A stretch of DNA of 64,000 nucleotides from Zygnema circumcarinatum SAG 698-1b (lineage: Eukaryota; Plantae; Zygnematophyceae), in assembly GCA_037447605.1 (NCBI GenBank), contig CM074808.1, positions 3,472,001 through 3,536,000 on the forward strand, in the 5' to 3' direction. Numbering within the stretch: the stretch's first letter is position 1; each line of letters begins with the position of its first letter. The notes under the pieces were generated by a model. That model saw only the letters and a program-made list of their open reading frames with translations, was not told where the DNA came from and ran no database searches. This document shows positions 24,474 through 38,308 of the stretch, piece after piece. A program made the position numbers and the translations under genes.

Positions 24474-27285
24474 TCAGTCCTCCATGGAAGCGCCAGATGT
24501 CCTCCTCCTGCTCTGGGCCGCCAGCCTCGCCTCTCTCTCCTTCTCATACTCCCTCACCTCCGCCCTGTTCAAGAAGGCGACCCTCTCCGTGTAGGTGCTC
24601 CCGCTCTTCTTGAAGGTCTCCAACTCATTTACGACACCCTTATCTTCCTTGTATTCGCCCCAATCCTGCAATTACCCAAGAAACAGGGAGGCATGGAGAA
24701 TAGGCAAGAGGAGAAAAGAAAATACAACTACCATGAGAGGATGCGGGAGCGAGAGAGAGTAGAGCGAGAAGTGACTCACCTTTCGAGACTTGTCAAGGAT
24801 ATTCAATTTCTTCTTCTTTTCTATTTGAGCTAACATAGCATCCAGCCCCCTTGATGACGATGCCTGCATTCCATGATGCTCACGTCAGCAAGCTCCATCA
24901 GCTCTTTCAAACCTTATACTGCCAAATGACGTCCAAAGATCACAACAAACACCCTGATGAGCTCTGAATAAGAAACAGAACCGTGGTCCTATTGAGTGGT
25001 GACCCAAACGAATGAATCATAAACAGAGTCATAAGCAGAGATGAAATCGGATGTACCTGCAGTTCCATCTTCTTCCGTGCAGCCTGTGCTGCCTTTGAAT
25101 TGGGGTCTACAAGGGTCGTCACCTCTACTGCTTGGCCTGCAAAGTCTCGCACTTCTGTCACCTGCAGCATTGATGAATCAGTCAAATACTAAATTTACCC
25201 AATATTGATATGTAAAGAAAAGCAGCAAAATGTATTACAACGAGACGATTCATCGTACCTTCAATCTTCCTTCAGCATGCATATTCATTGATGCCGCAGC
25301 AGCCTTAGCTGCTGCAATGGCTGCAGCAGCCATAGCTCGACTGTTTTCGGAAACGACTGCGCTTCCTAGTCCCCCTCCTCCTCCCACTACCTTGTTTCCC
25401 CCCGCTGAACCCTCCCCTTTACATTCTCCTACTCCCCCATCCCCTATGGAACCTACAATCTCTCCACTACGCTCCGTCTTCTCTATTCGCCCCTCTACAC
25501 AATCAGCTCCCTTCTGTTGACCAGGCAGATATTGCACTTTTGCCGCAGGTTCAGACGCAATTGAAACAGTTTCCGTTGACTGAACCCCTTCCGGCTTGGT
25601 CACCGCCGGGGAGCCGCTAACTTCCGTGGGAGAAGCAGCTGATCTACTTCCGTTGGCTGCAGCGAAAGATGGGGTCGGCATCGAGATTCCCAAACTCACC
25701 ATCCACGACTGGACAAGCAAAAAGCATCCAATATAGTCTTCCGTGTAAGTCCCACATTCAGTTTGCAGAAAAAGTCTAACTTTACGCATAAAGAGCCAAT
25801 AAGTTTAGCTTCTTGGCATAGAGAATCACAGGCACACTTGCCGGTAGTGCTTTGTTTGTTGCCTTCTGAGGCCCCATTTTCTTAGCCGGCTGACCTATGC
25901 TTGTTCCCATATTCGTCGACGGGGGACGTGACGTTTTGCTTCCACATTTCAAGGACTCCCATATGGCGTTTATTTTTGCTTTCTTTGCTGCCCAATCCAA
26001 CATACATAACATCAAATGCCTCGCCCATCACGTAAACGCAAATAAAAGAAAGGCAAGAACTTAAGCGATAACGGCACCTCAGCTTACAGTTAACCATTCC
26101 TATTGTTCACTTCAATCAAGCATGCATTTAACGCATGCCTTATGAGGCTACCTTCAATGAAATTCACTCTTTCTGTGGCTCAATATATTTCCTGAGAGTC
26201 CGCAAAGAACATGAGAGGAACAGATAGATTGTTTGATAACTCAATTGGTTGGAGCAAGTTCAATAACCATAGCAATAACAACAACTTCTCATTGATATGA
26301 ACAGTACTCGCAAGTTTGCGTGTGATTGTATAAGACAAACGTCACTCGTACCATCAGCCTTCAGCTGCTTCAGTGGATCCCCTCCGCTGCTTAAGGCCTT
26401 CCCTCTCGCACTCCCAACCAGCTCCTCTCCTCCTGCAATGTCTACATCCCTGGAGTTTGAAAAAATAAACATTTTTTTTTTAGATTCTGCTGTAAAGAGC
26501 ACAGAAGCAACCACAGTATCACCTTGTCGCACTCAGCATGGCTTCACTCATAATGGAATAGCAAGCGAAATTCAAGAAAATAAGGGAATTCTGATTCGCC
26601 GACTCTGTTCATGCTGGCTGGAGACTGAGAGCAAGGGACGAGCTACATTTGAAAATCAAATTCAAACAACAACCACTGCTTTCTGCTATCATGTGAGCCT
26701 CGCTACTTAGCTATATACGAAAAACCTGATTGAACTCTGGAAATTTGCAAGCAAGAAAAGGCAACTTCCAATTTTCATCCCACTTTTCAATAACAAGCTA
26801 TCTTAGCTCTACGCCATACTTCCGAGAACTAGAAATTTCGACAAAAGGGCTGCCTCGCTTCCAGAGCAAATTAATAAGATCCTCATGTATAATGAATGTC
26901 AATCATTCCTTTGCGTGGCAAGCGAACAGCTGTGAGCCCCTGCTACTCCTTTCTCTCCCCCTCACGCAACCCCTCTCTCTGCACTGCCTACCGCCGCTCT
27001 CTTTTTTATTCCATCCCCCATCCTTTCTCTCCCTCACCCTCTCCATCTTTCTGGCCGCTTGTCTCCCTTCCCCTCTCCCGCTCTCATTCTCTCATTTCAA
27101 GTATCTAAGAACGCATCTTCCTCCACTTTCCTAATAAGCGACCTATTCCAAACACTACGGCAGATTCGGGCTCACCTTTTCCTCTTCTTCCCACTCTTAG
27201 AACCCCCCTCTTCGCTCGCATCTCCGCAAGCCCCCGGGTCATAATCTTCGTCCTCCTCCGAATCATCATAGTTTTCCTCCGGCAT
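24474..27285 (-). CDS. SWC5: SWR1-complex subunit SWC5 / CFDP1 (BCNT domain protein); 7 exons
   Basis: N-terminus MPEENYDDSEEDEDYDPG; VTEVRDFAGQAVEV; C-terminal BCNT domain GLDAMLAQIEKKKKLNILDKSRKDWGEYKE...FLNRAEVREYEKERE. GC donor at 25840-25841. Confidence 0.92.
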
Positions 27286-27641
27286 ATCTCCAGCCGGAAA
27301 AATTCCCTGAATCAGCTCAATATCTCAACGCAAGAATTTATAAACATAAAAACCTCCTAAACGTTTCCTGTAAATATTCGCTCTAGCCCTCAAATGTCCT
27401 GCAAAGACACGCCAACCCCCACCGCCTCGCACCTTCCAAGAGGAAGAGGTCTCACAGAAGGGGGGGGCGTCTAAGTGAACCTCGGCACGTGTGAGAATCC
27501 GCATGAGTTATCGACGGTGTATGCTTCGCAACGGAGAGATCGGACGGTGAGGGATGCCTCCACCGACACCCGTGTCGCTCCCCTTACAGGACTTTTGCTT
27601 CCCGGGCCTTCCTGTCCTCGCTGAAACTGTGACGAGCATCG

Positions 27642-27660
27642 CCAATGGGGACTCACCACG
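27642..27660 (+). promoter_or_regulatory. Perfect ERSE-I (CCAAT-N9-CCACG) upstream of SWC5
   Basis: CCAAT GGGGACTCA CCACG, about 360 bp upstream of the ATG. G-boxes at 27486 and 27675. Confidence 0.6.
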
Positions 27661-28925
27661 TAGATGATTGTGTACACGTGGCACGTTTTCAGTGGATGCC
27701 GCTCTAGAAGGTGAAGGACGACCCTAGGGAGCACTTTCCCCTTTGCTTATACCTCCATTTTACTCTCTCTCTCTCTCTCTCTGTTCTCCACTCGCTCCTC
27801 TTCCCATTCCTTTCGGCTGTCACAGCTCTCTCCTCTCGCCTCGTTCCCCTATTCTCCCCTATGTCTCTCTCTGCTTCACCCTCTTTCTGTCCCTTCCCGT
27901 ACTGGTTTTTATCGTCCTTTACTTTTCCCCCTTGTTGTCCCTCGCCACTCTCTAACTCTGGCTATCCGCTTCCTCTCTGAATTTTCCCACCCTCACTCTT
28001 TCTCCCTCTCCATCGTTTCTCGTTCTGTAAATGCCCTATCGCTCGGCCTCCCTCTCTCTCCTCCCCCCTTCGTCTTTTTTATTAGCTTGTCTCGTTAATC
28101 TACTTCCTTCCTGGGCCTGCCTCTGTGTTCCGCTTTGTCTCTCCTTGCCTTCGCTCTCTCCTCTCTCTATCGGACCACTCTCTGTTTGTTTCTTGGGGAC
28201 CCATAACCTTCAATGGCTGTGCTTATACGTCGTGTGCAAAGTGGCCCTATTTCTACGAATCAACCGCCAACACAAGGCCTGTCACTATCCATTTTCAAGT
28301 CAACTTTCAGATGATCTCGATGAAATTGCTTGGGCCTATACCTTTCTGAAGATGCATCTCTTGTCATATGCAGGCCATATGAGCTGATAAAATCCCCACA
28401 AGGTCGCTAGATACATGCACAGATCCTCCAATTTAAGTTGAAACATTTTACAAGATCTGCTCACAATAATGCCTCAAAACACTTTAAGAAAACGTCCGCA
28501 ATACAAGCAGCTCCTATGGAAGCAGAAGCCATTATTACTTCTTATTCAGCTTCGTCCAGTTTGGCATAGCCAAAATCTCTGGCTGCTAGTTCACTCAGCA
28601 CAAAGAAGTGGAGCTTCAAAGACTACCGATTCCGACAAGTCACTGGAGACCTTTGGGTCCCCCCTCCAAACTAGCACACAAAAAACTACCAAGACTGCTA
28701 GCATTGCTCCCATGGCAAGCACCAACTCTACGTAATAAATAGAGGTATATATGCTTCTAGCTACCAAGTAAAATTATCTACACCCTGCACACCCTTTCTA
28801 GCAAGAGAAAGGGAGTGACTGCGGAGAATGACTTCGGTTAAAGGCATGGATCCACAAATAGAATAATTACTCCGACTATGTTAAGAGCTTGGAATTTTTC
28901 AGAAAACCCTTCAGTCTCAGCTCAC

Positions 28926-31096
28926 TCAGTAAGTGTCCTGCTCCAAGAGGCAGCAGCAGCAGAGAGTGTTGATCAAACAGCCGAGTCGAGTATCCGGATC
29001 ATATCCTTTTCTGCTTGTCTTGTTCTCAGCCCTAGTAATGACCTTGTCAAGTAGATAATTCCGAACACTTATTTTATTTAAAACTGAAGCGTGATGAAGA
29101 GCTGTCTGCCCTGACTTGTTCTTCACATCTGGATCTGCTCCACGTTCACATAGAAGCTTCACAGCTGCCAACTGCCCTTGTGCGGCCGCGTAATGAAGAG
29201 GAGTATTCCCCGTAAAATCTTTACCGTCAATCGCCGCATCTGCCAGCCACATATCATAGACCACAATTTGCTAAATCCTCGTTAGATTCCCATAACTGAT
29301 GCGGTACAGATTATTCACAGACCGACTTTCGTCCGCAATCAAGCATCTTCCAAAGAAAGTGTCACACAGTGAAGGACCAATTAAGCTCACCGCGATTCAG
29401 AAGAAGACGTATAGCATTGAGGTTGCCCTGTCCTGCTGCCAGATGAAGGGCACTCGCACCGCCATCATTTCGTGCATCAACAGACGCTCCTCGGCTGAGT
29501 AGGAGGCCTAAAATTTCGACGTTTGGGTGAGAGATGGTGTAGTGAATGGGCGCCCAGCCATCTTTTGTAACCACGTTGAGTCCCACCCCCCTGCGTGCTT
29601 AGCAACCGTATGAGAGTGTCAATAAAGGCACTATATCGTGTATCTGAAAGCAAAAGGTTCAAAACAAGACACAAGAGTCGATGTTCTTCGGCTCACGATG
29701 AAGAGGATGGTCATCAATCAGCATTCGATGAGACACTTGCTATTTGTGGCCTAGTGATGCACAATATCGAAACGACACTTATAGGGCTTGTATACGTAAG
29801 AAGGCTGTAAGATTATGCGAGAAGACGATGCAAATAGGGGCCGGGAAGATAAAAGCGGGGGAATGAAGGTGAACTCGCAGGTCCTACCACGAGTATACTG
29901 TTGGAAGATCTCTTTAGTTGCAACTAACTTAGTCTAAATGCTTGAAATACATCTCACAACCCCTCCTCAAAGCTGCGTCACAAAAGGAGCAATTGTGACA
30001 CGTACCTGTCCACCAAGGCCTTCACCGTTTGGTAGTTACCAGACGATACAGCACAGTGTAGTGGTCGCCCTCCAATACTGTTAGTAATCTCCCGAGAAGC
30101 TCCATGCACCAGTAAGAGCTTCACAGTAGCTGAATGGCCTCCGGCAGCTGCACAGTGGAGGGGTGTGGAGCCGCCATCTGCTTGCTGGTCTATGTTTCCT
30201 CCACCTTCCAGAAGAGCTCGAACCGCTTCCACCTATTCAAATAGCAGAAGAAGATTGACATGATGCTAAAGCAAAAGGGCTACTCTGATGAATTACTAAT
30301 TTAAAATAAGTTAAACTTTTGGAGCATACTTGCATGTTGGTGCTGAACAGACTCTTGCTCTTGAAAAAAATAAGCGCATAAACCACTTAAATAGAAGCCA
30401 TTAAGTCAAGGCTGACAGTTAGCGACCAGCGACACAGCCGCCTTTAGGTCTCTATATTCGTCCTGAATAAATCATGTTCAATACAACATGAAGATCATCC
30501 TTCAAGGTGTCCGTCCTTCCTCTGTTATGACTTCAGTCAATGGCATGACCGCATTTAGGCCAACTACAAGAGGACACCGACAATTTTATGCAAACTCCAA
30601 TATTTGGACTCGTCCGAACAGCCATGGGACGCTTAAAAAGAGCTGACAAGCAATCTACTTCAAGACTTCTGCCTGAGTACGAGGCAGAGGAACGATGAAG
30701 GGGATTTGTGCTCCAGACGCTGACAGCTAGCACAAAACCTTGTCACAGCAGCGTCCTCAGATGGACGCAATGCCTTAAACACCACAATAGCCATCAAAGA
30801 CGTCAACATCACCACTTCAATTCATACTTCAGCTTCCCCAATAAAGCAAGCACAAATCAGAGAAACCAGATCAGCCTTACACAAATTACCTTAAAATCGA
30901 GAAAGGCACTGACCTGCCCCTTGTCCGCAGCGAAATGCAGCGGCGTCGCCCCTCCCTTGCAGACGCTGTTCACATTCGCCGGCCCCTTGCCCCCAACGTC
31001 GAACAGGAGGCTCTTAATTGTTTCCACATCGCCGCTGGCTGCAGCCAGGTGCAGCGGAGGAGGCTGCTCATGCGCCCCCTTGTCTTCCCGCACCAT
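28926..31096 (-). CDS. Ankyrin-repeat protein (about 8 repeats, about 307 aa) with a C-terminal CYSTM-like cysteine-rich module
   Basis: Exons 31096-30914, 30232-30006, 29590-29391 and 29239-28926, with consistent phases. Repeated TPLH/SALH ankyrin motifs; ends RLGCLINTLCCCCLLEQDTY*. Confidence 0.88.
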
Positions 31097-31548
31097 ATTT
31101 CCTCCTCTCCGCAGCCTGACTTACCCTAAAATGCTTCCCAGCCCTAAAAATTCCTCCGCAGCAGCCCCTTCCTCTCCCAGTCTCCTCCTCTCTCTCTCCC
31201 TCTCTCTGGGAAGCGCTTCTCGCACGTGCGGAGGACGGCGGAGGGAGAACAGAACGCTTTACAGAAAAGGTACAACGCGAAAATACATACGGACCAGCAC
31301 GGTACGGACTGAGAGGAAGTACGTGTACAGTACTTATTCTTTGAATGTTTTTACTTTTTACGGTCATGTTGCAGCCATACAGAGCGTGCCACGTGCCAGC
31401 GTTGAACCTTCCCTGATTGGTTCAGGAAGGCGTATATCTACGGAGGCCTCAGGCCAGTCAGTCCCTAAATTTAGACATTTTAGGGGACAGGGTACATTTT
31501 TGCACATTTTTTTTTTTCATTTTTTTGCTATGAAATACGACATGGAAG

Positions 31549-31592
31549 TTGCATTGATCTCACGATGGCGAGGCCATCAAATGTACATGGAC
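31549..31592 (+). mobile_element. Remnant sharing a 44-bp segment with the 11003-12752 element
   Basis: TTGCATTGATCTCACGATGGCGAGGCCATCAAATGTACATGGAC matches 12221-12264 at 41/44 nt. Confidence 0.6.
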
Positions 31593-33124
31593 CGAAAAAA
31601 AAAAAAAAAAAATGAAATGCGTCGTCTATGTGTATATGATGGCATCACTACCTGCTGTGCCTTAAGAAGCCAACTGAAATGGAAGCATGACCATCTGTTA
31701 AGAGAGACCCTTCCTTCTCTCATCTCAAGAACTATATGCTTGGCTTTTTGTAATCCTTTCACGGCATTGCCCTCACGAGTGGCCACATGCTACCGCAGAT
31801 CCTCAGTACTCCAAAATTCAAAAGAAATTCCCTGAAGAAAGTTTCCATACATGCTCCCTCTCAAGGGTACAGAACCCTCGAATTCGAAACGAAGCTTTAC
31901 TCCCATCCCTTCGACGCTTACACAGAAACCCCCGACCCTCATTCCGCTCTTAGCTTCTTTCTTTTGTCCTTAGGTCCTTTGCGACCCGTCCCTCGTGGTT
32001 TCCCATGCTGCTTTTGTCCATTTACATTTGATGGCCTCGCCATCGTGAGTTCAATCCCACTTTCCCCTTCCCAACCCTCATATGCACGAATGCCTCCCAA
32101 GAGACCTAGGCGTCAACGACGGGGAAGGGCCGTGACCCTTCCACAGACCTCCTTATATACCCTTCACACCTTCAGTTTAGGGTTTCGAAATCTTTCAGGA
32201 ACATCCCACAAACCATACAGCCGTGTACGTCAAATGCAAACACCACCCCAAAAAAGTGAACTCCCCACATTTTACGCCAACTTTGGTGGCTTGCGCCAGA
32301 TTCTGTTGAAGCTATGAGTCACGATTAAAAATCGCTACATAGAATATATGCCTACAGTAAGGCAAATCCTTAGCCTGTAACAGTCGAATCTACAGGTACG
32401 GTTTCTCCGGAAGTGCATAGAACCTCACGGTCCTGCAATTTGTGTACTCACGACAGCAAACACTTTACATAAATTGGTACTGAGCAAACTGCCCCTTCCG
32501 CCTATTTGTGGGCCCTACAAACCCTAGAAAGGATGCCGGGCATCCGTGTACTATCCACGATTTGAACGACTGATTTAGGGTTCCCAATCGTCTCCTGCTC
32601 CACTGGTGCCTTAAGATACTCACATAAACAGCATAAATTGATCCGTAGGTGTCTCCCTTCACTTCGAAGCAGCAGATGTAAGGTCTGTCCGGCAGGTCAC
32701 TAGTATGACCTGCCCTAGTTATTACCGCTAATGTCGTCCTCCTCCCACTACCGCTGTACACCCTCCTGCATGTTCTCCTTGCGTGCCTTCTCCTACCACC
32801 TTTGTATGGGCAGATGCCAGGGGCTCAGGCCGATCGCAGCATTCCAGCTCGCCCCTGCTAATAATAGCATGGACCCATATTGACAGAATCCTAATGCAGC
32901 TGCCAGGATTAACTAATTGCAGTATTTACTCACACACTGCAGTGAGACTCCGACTCGCCTCACTGCGCTGCGTGGGGAATAAGGGCTGGGCACAGCAACA
33001 GCCGCTGCATTTGGAGGTGACGCCGCTATGGTGGGAAAATAACAAGTTGCAATTTTGGTCTTTGGTATGCAGTACTTGATTCCAGACCTCTGCATGTGTT
33101 CGCTTACATCCATGTACTCAGAGC

Positions 33125-35656
33125 TCACCCCTCCTCCGTCTTACTGCCTGCCTCAGTTGGACCCTCCAGGGGCTGTTGCCACGTCTTTACGGAGAGAGTG
33201 GCTTGCTTGTCCGTAGGCCGGTTATGTGAGAGAGCTGAGTGGTCAAAAAAGAAGACGACAACACTGATGTCATCATGAACCTGCCTCCTCCTCCCCCTTC
33301 CCAGCGATTTCACCTCTGCATATGTCATCCCTCTCTTCTTTGAGGCTCGTGAGAGAGCAGCCAGCACAAGTCGTTGCGCTATGCCCTGCAATTTGAACCC
33401 GTGCCACCATCCATAAGCGCCGAAACCACATGTCATATGCAAAAAAAAAAAAAACAGGTTTGCTACATTGTGGATGTGCTTAGCTACTTACAGCCCGAGG
33501 ATAAGCGTGCACCATGTCGACTGCTTCTTGATTAGAGATGTGCTCCCACAGCCCATCAGATGCAAAAATAACGAACTGATCAGGAGAGCGCAGTGCGCGC
33601 ACAATCACTGTCGGCTCCGCAAGCAACACAGCGCATCTGAGGGGCTCTGGAAGCCGAAATCTTGGGATGAGGGGGTCAGCTTGAAACTCCTGCGACTTCA
33701 AATAGACATCACCGATAGCTCTCGAAACCTGCAACACAAGGGAGGGCGGAGAGGGTGGGGGACTCATTTAAGAAGAGCAAATTTCCTTGCCCATCATGAT
33801 TGAGACTCGAAGTCTCAGTTGCAGGTGACAACGACACAAAAGGTCTTTACTTTTCACTAGCATCAGCTGCACTCACCTGAATTATTCCCTTTACCCGCCA
33901 CACACCACCCTTCTCCACCACGATATCCTTCTCCTGGGGATATCTCATCCTGAGCTCCTGCCTTATAGACTCATAGTTGGCGTTGTGGTCTGTGGACAAC
34001 TGGACAGCAGCCACCACTCCATTCGCCTTCCTATAAGTTCCCAGAACAGCTCTTGAATCACCCAGAGATGCCACATACAGAGTCTCTCCTGATATCACTC
34101 CCACTAAGCAGCACGAACCCACTGCCGCCATTTGCGGTTTGGTGTGCCAACTGCTTCTGACCAGCTCTACAAATTCTGCCTCAGTCTCCGCAAAGGCTCT
34201 GTTAATCACGTCCACTGACATCACTCCACCTTCCTCCTCCAACACTCCTGCCAGAATACAACGTCGAAGCACGGAAACGTCAAACGAAAGTTTAGCCTAC
34301 AGCTTCTTCGTCACAGTTGCAGGGGCAGTTTTCATTACTGGAGGGGCAGTTTTATGTGAAAAATATGAATGTGAAAATCAGCAGGTGCATCATCTGACCT
34401 GAAACTGTACAGGGCAACACAAACGAGAGGAGGTCTCACTCTGAAACTGCGGGTAAAGCCGCTCATTCAAAAATTGCGAAGCCTGGGGCCCCCCATGGCC
34501 ATCATGGACTGCCAAAAAGGTGTTGGAAGAGGAAGTCTCCACTTGGCCATGGTCCTCACCAATGCTGTTGGCTTGCACTGCAGCAAAGGAAAACTCTCCT
34601 GCAGAGACCAGAAATAGCCTATAAATTTAGGCATGAGTCTACATTTCGAGCCTTCGCATTCACATGCGCATTCACAGCCCGATAGGAAAAACTCCACTTT
34701 GGCAGTGCTACAGCAAATGTCTGTTTCAGCCATACTCTCCTATCACTGAAGCCTCCAGCTTCACGGCCAGATGTGAAGGGTCGAACATGATCCTCCAGAT
34801 GCAGTGCAACCAACAAAGAAAATTAAAAAAAAACGAACGAAGCTTACCTGCAGCAGTCTTTGTCAGGGGATACTGCCATAATAATTCATCATTCAGTGCC
34901 AGAGGTTGCGCGTCTGTCGTTTGTGGAAGGTTGCCAGCTGCAAGAGGAAAAGAACAATGACCGGTCAAAAAAACAAGAAACATCCGGCAACTTGCACTTC
35001 ATTAGTACAATCCACAAAAGTATAATGAAATGCTCCCTCTGTACCAAATGAGCTGATTCATATACACATCTCAAAACTAAAAGGATCCTTCATGCGCGCT
35101 CCTTGATCCTTGATGCACGAATCCACCATCCGCAAAGAAGTTTCTTGGGCAATCATGATCCTACTAAGCATGTAAGGCAATTCAGGGTCTGCATGAAGGC
35201 TTACGTATGGGCGAGTAACGCCTTTTGGCTCGAAAGCAAGAAGATAGCATCGTAAAAATACTTGACATGAAGGAGTCTTAGTCAAATATGCAGGGAATGA
35301 TCTGCATTTTACAAAACCCGGGGAAGGTGGGAAGCGGATCAGATCATCAGGGAGTAGCTTATTTTCCACCTCAGTTTTGCCTCACTGGTCAACATTGATT
35401 GCCAACACGTGAGCTTCAATGCGGCCTACCGTCCCTAAGGCCTACTAACCCCTTGGTCTTCGCCGCCCCCCCCTCCACCCCCCCAAAAAGAAATCCATCA
35501 AGTCAGCCATGACTACCAGCCTCCCGCTCCAGCTAGCGTCTAAAATGGTAATGAACGTGAATTCAGACAAAGGTTAAAAAGGACGTATATATGGGTGCCA
35601 GTGTTGACAAACGGCGACAGAAAAATCGGAAACTTACTGCAAACTCTCTTCAACAT
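33125..35656 (-). CDS. Protein phosphatase 2C, clade D
   Basis: Motifs ELLW, EFSFAAVQAN..ED, DGHGGPQAS, VGSCCLVGVI, GDSRAVLG, WRVKGIIQVSRAIGDVYLK, FASDGLWEH and RRQVHDDISVVV. The first coding exon (MLKRVC, 35656-35638) is tentative, and a donor-like GTGAGC at the stop leaves the C-terminus uncertain. Confidence 0.9.
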
Positions 35657-37409
35657 TGCCTATATTTCGGCCAAATCCATTACCCACATGGTAAACTAGT
35701 CTAGCGGGGAACAATTTGCCAGATAAGAGCGTTTCAGAAGTAATCAAGATTATACCCAGGTTCATCAGAGTCTGATAGACGGAGGCTTCAGCACATGATA
35801 GCAATGGTTCCTAAACGACATGAACGGTGCTCTTCCAAGCGCGGGAATCCTGCTAGTACCCAGTAAGGAGAAGCCATACATTCAGATAAACACGATGGAA
35901 CTGGCGTTCTCCCCATGCATCTATGTGGAAAATGCCACACTCAACGCTATTGAATGCGTGGCTATACAGAGTCCCATCTGATGAGGCTCAATTCATTGTA
36001 GCTATTTCTACGAACGCGTACAACCAGACTGTTCATAGCGAGGTTTCGCAAGCTACTACACAGTAGTCGATAAATCAACTGCTACAGTCCGAATTGGGGG
36101 TTGCCATACCTCTCCAAATGCTGCTGTCCATCAAGCTCACCTAACGAAGCTGGCACTCGTAACCCTATTGCACTTCCAAAGACGAAAATCTAGACGCTGT
36201 TCCAGCCGAAAAGACAAATGACCTGCAGTAAATACCACATTTACACTCTAGAGCTCCCACAAGTTCTTCGAAGAACACGAAGATTCGTCACACGAACTGG
36301 AAACGACAAACGCGAGGCTGAACCCATGCCTCTTCAAGTACACTGAAGCTGATAACTGATAGACAATCTCAGAACGAAAACATACAACAGAAAGATTCCC
36401 AACCTAAACGATGAGCGACAAAGTCGAGTCAGTTCCTGTGGGCGATTCTAGAGAATGACACAATTTGAACACTCTCCCTGCGACCATTTAATGCATTATG
36501 CGTCCAGCGTCCAGTTGCTTTCCAGACATACTGGCAATGCTGTGGAACCAGCATCCGTCAAATTTATGCAAATGGCAAAGTGATGATGGACATCATTGTT
36601 GCGACAAAACCCGAACAGGTCCGCTATAATTGCAAATCAAAATCACATGTGTCAGTAGCTATCATAGTCAGCAGCCGTGGCAGTCCTCCAGTCACGGCTC
36701 TTTCTGTCCCTCGCCATCACTCAATATCTCTCCCTCGCATCCTCTCTCGGCTTCCCTCTATTTTCCTCTAAAAGAATGCAATAAAACAAGATGGTGCTTC
36801 TCACACTGCCCTTCTGGCACTTCACAATAGGGCCGAGTGAGTAAATTAACAGTTGAAACCCTAGTCGTCAAACACCCTCATTCTCTTCGATTCTTCCACC
36901 AAGACATCACCAATCTCCAGTCAATACTCCCGATTCCGCCCGCACATTCTCCTTTCCCTTACAATTCCTCCGAAACGAGCGACCAAATTGCCCATTCTGC
37001 TGCCCTAAACGTCACCAAAACGATCCCAAAGAGAGCTATTGATCCTCCCAGACACAGCGTACGTCAAAATAAGCCAAATCCGGCATCATTACTGGGCTCC
37101 CCCGTGCTCAATCACCTACCTCTCGCAGGCCGAGCAGCCGCCATCGCCATGGGAAGAAACGTATCTGCCAAGACTTGCCTGAAGGGAGCCCTTCAAGGAA
37201 AATTCTTAACGGCGCCAAATGGGGAACGTTCCGCAGGACGGCACCGTACAGTTGGAGATACATAACTGTACGAATATGTAATGGTCACAAATTCCGGCGG
37301 ATGTACGGGGAACAGACCGTACATTCATACGGTAACCACGGTCAGAGTACCGAGTCGCCTCAGTCTTTTTTTGACTCACGCCCTCTCCCTTCACAAGTTC
37401 GTTGGACGT

Positions 37410-37493
37410 GCAATCAGAAGTCACCACGTGGACATTTTCCATTGGTCTGACGATGAGAAATTAAGTTTTTGTCACGTGTCGCAACATCATTGG
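37410..37493 (-). promoter_or_regulatory. Tandem ERSE-type elements in the probable PP2C promoter
   Basis: Minus strand: CCAAT-N9-CCACG (37445-37427) and CCAAT-N10-CACG (37493-37475). Plus strand: GCAAT-N10-CACGTG (37410-37430). Confidence 0.6.
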
Positions 37494-38308
37494 ATGAATC
37501 CAAAGACTGAGGACGACAGGCCAGGAGGGTGGTTGAACTCAACGCCTCGACTGGCTCGACTGACTGCCACGTCGGCACCACGTAGGAGCCACGTAGGATC
37601 CGTCGGGTTCAAGAAAACTCCTACTTGGCGAATCGAGTCGAACTCGACTTGACTCGCCGCAGCGGAGTTTTGGCCCCGAGCGGCCGTCCGTTCACGAGCG
37701 GTCATAGTTCCAGTCTGTAGTAGACGTGGACGTTATCTGCCCGTCCGCTTTACGATCGGACGGTCAAAAAGCCGCTGGGTGCTAGAAGCACAGGGCACGG
37801 AAGCTTCCAAGAGTGTACGGCAGAGTCCGTCGCGGTCAACCGTCAGCCCCACGGGGCTAGGGATAGCAATGTAATCATTTTATAATTTTATGTCGATTTT
37901 GTAAAGCTTTATAACGCTTTTTGGTTTGTTTGTTATGTTTTATTTTGTTGCTATTTTGCTGCGGGTTTTTTTTTTGTGTCGTTTTTCGATCTGTTTTCTG
38001 TTTTCAAGTCACCGTTCCACGTGACTGAACGCGGCATCCCTCCACACGGAACTGGAACATTGGTACAGTAACGGAACGGCATACTCTCATGTAAATCAGA
38101 TGCTAGAGATTGTTGAGCATGATAACACATTGACATTGTACCTTTCCGATGTTACTCGAACATTCACATTCGACCCAACAACAACAACAATACCAACACT
38201 CATGGAACCCAAAACTTGAAATGCTTGTAGCCCCTCCCAAACTTTCTCCTAGCATTACAATCAAAGACGACATCTTGGTCGCCATGGTCGATACAACGTC
38301 CCCCCAAT

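Noticed and set aside
31740-31860. Second AFT/FAR1-like peptide (FWSTEDLR*HVATREG...)
   Set aside because: It contains a stop and the similarity is too weak to call, despite the nearby 44-bp TE-shared segment.
35058-35369. 103-aa ORF upstream of the PP2C core
   Set aside because: No family similarity and no donor in the required phase; most likely intronic.
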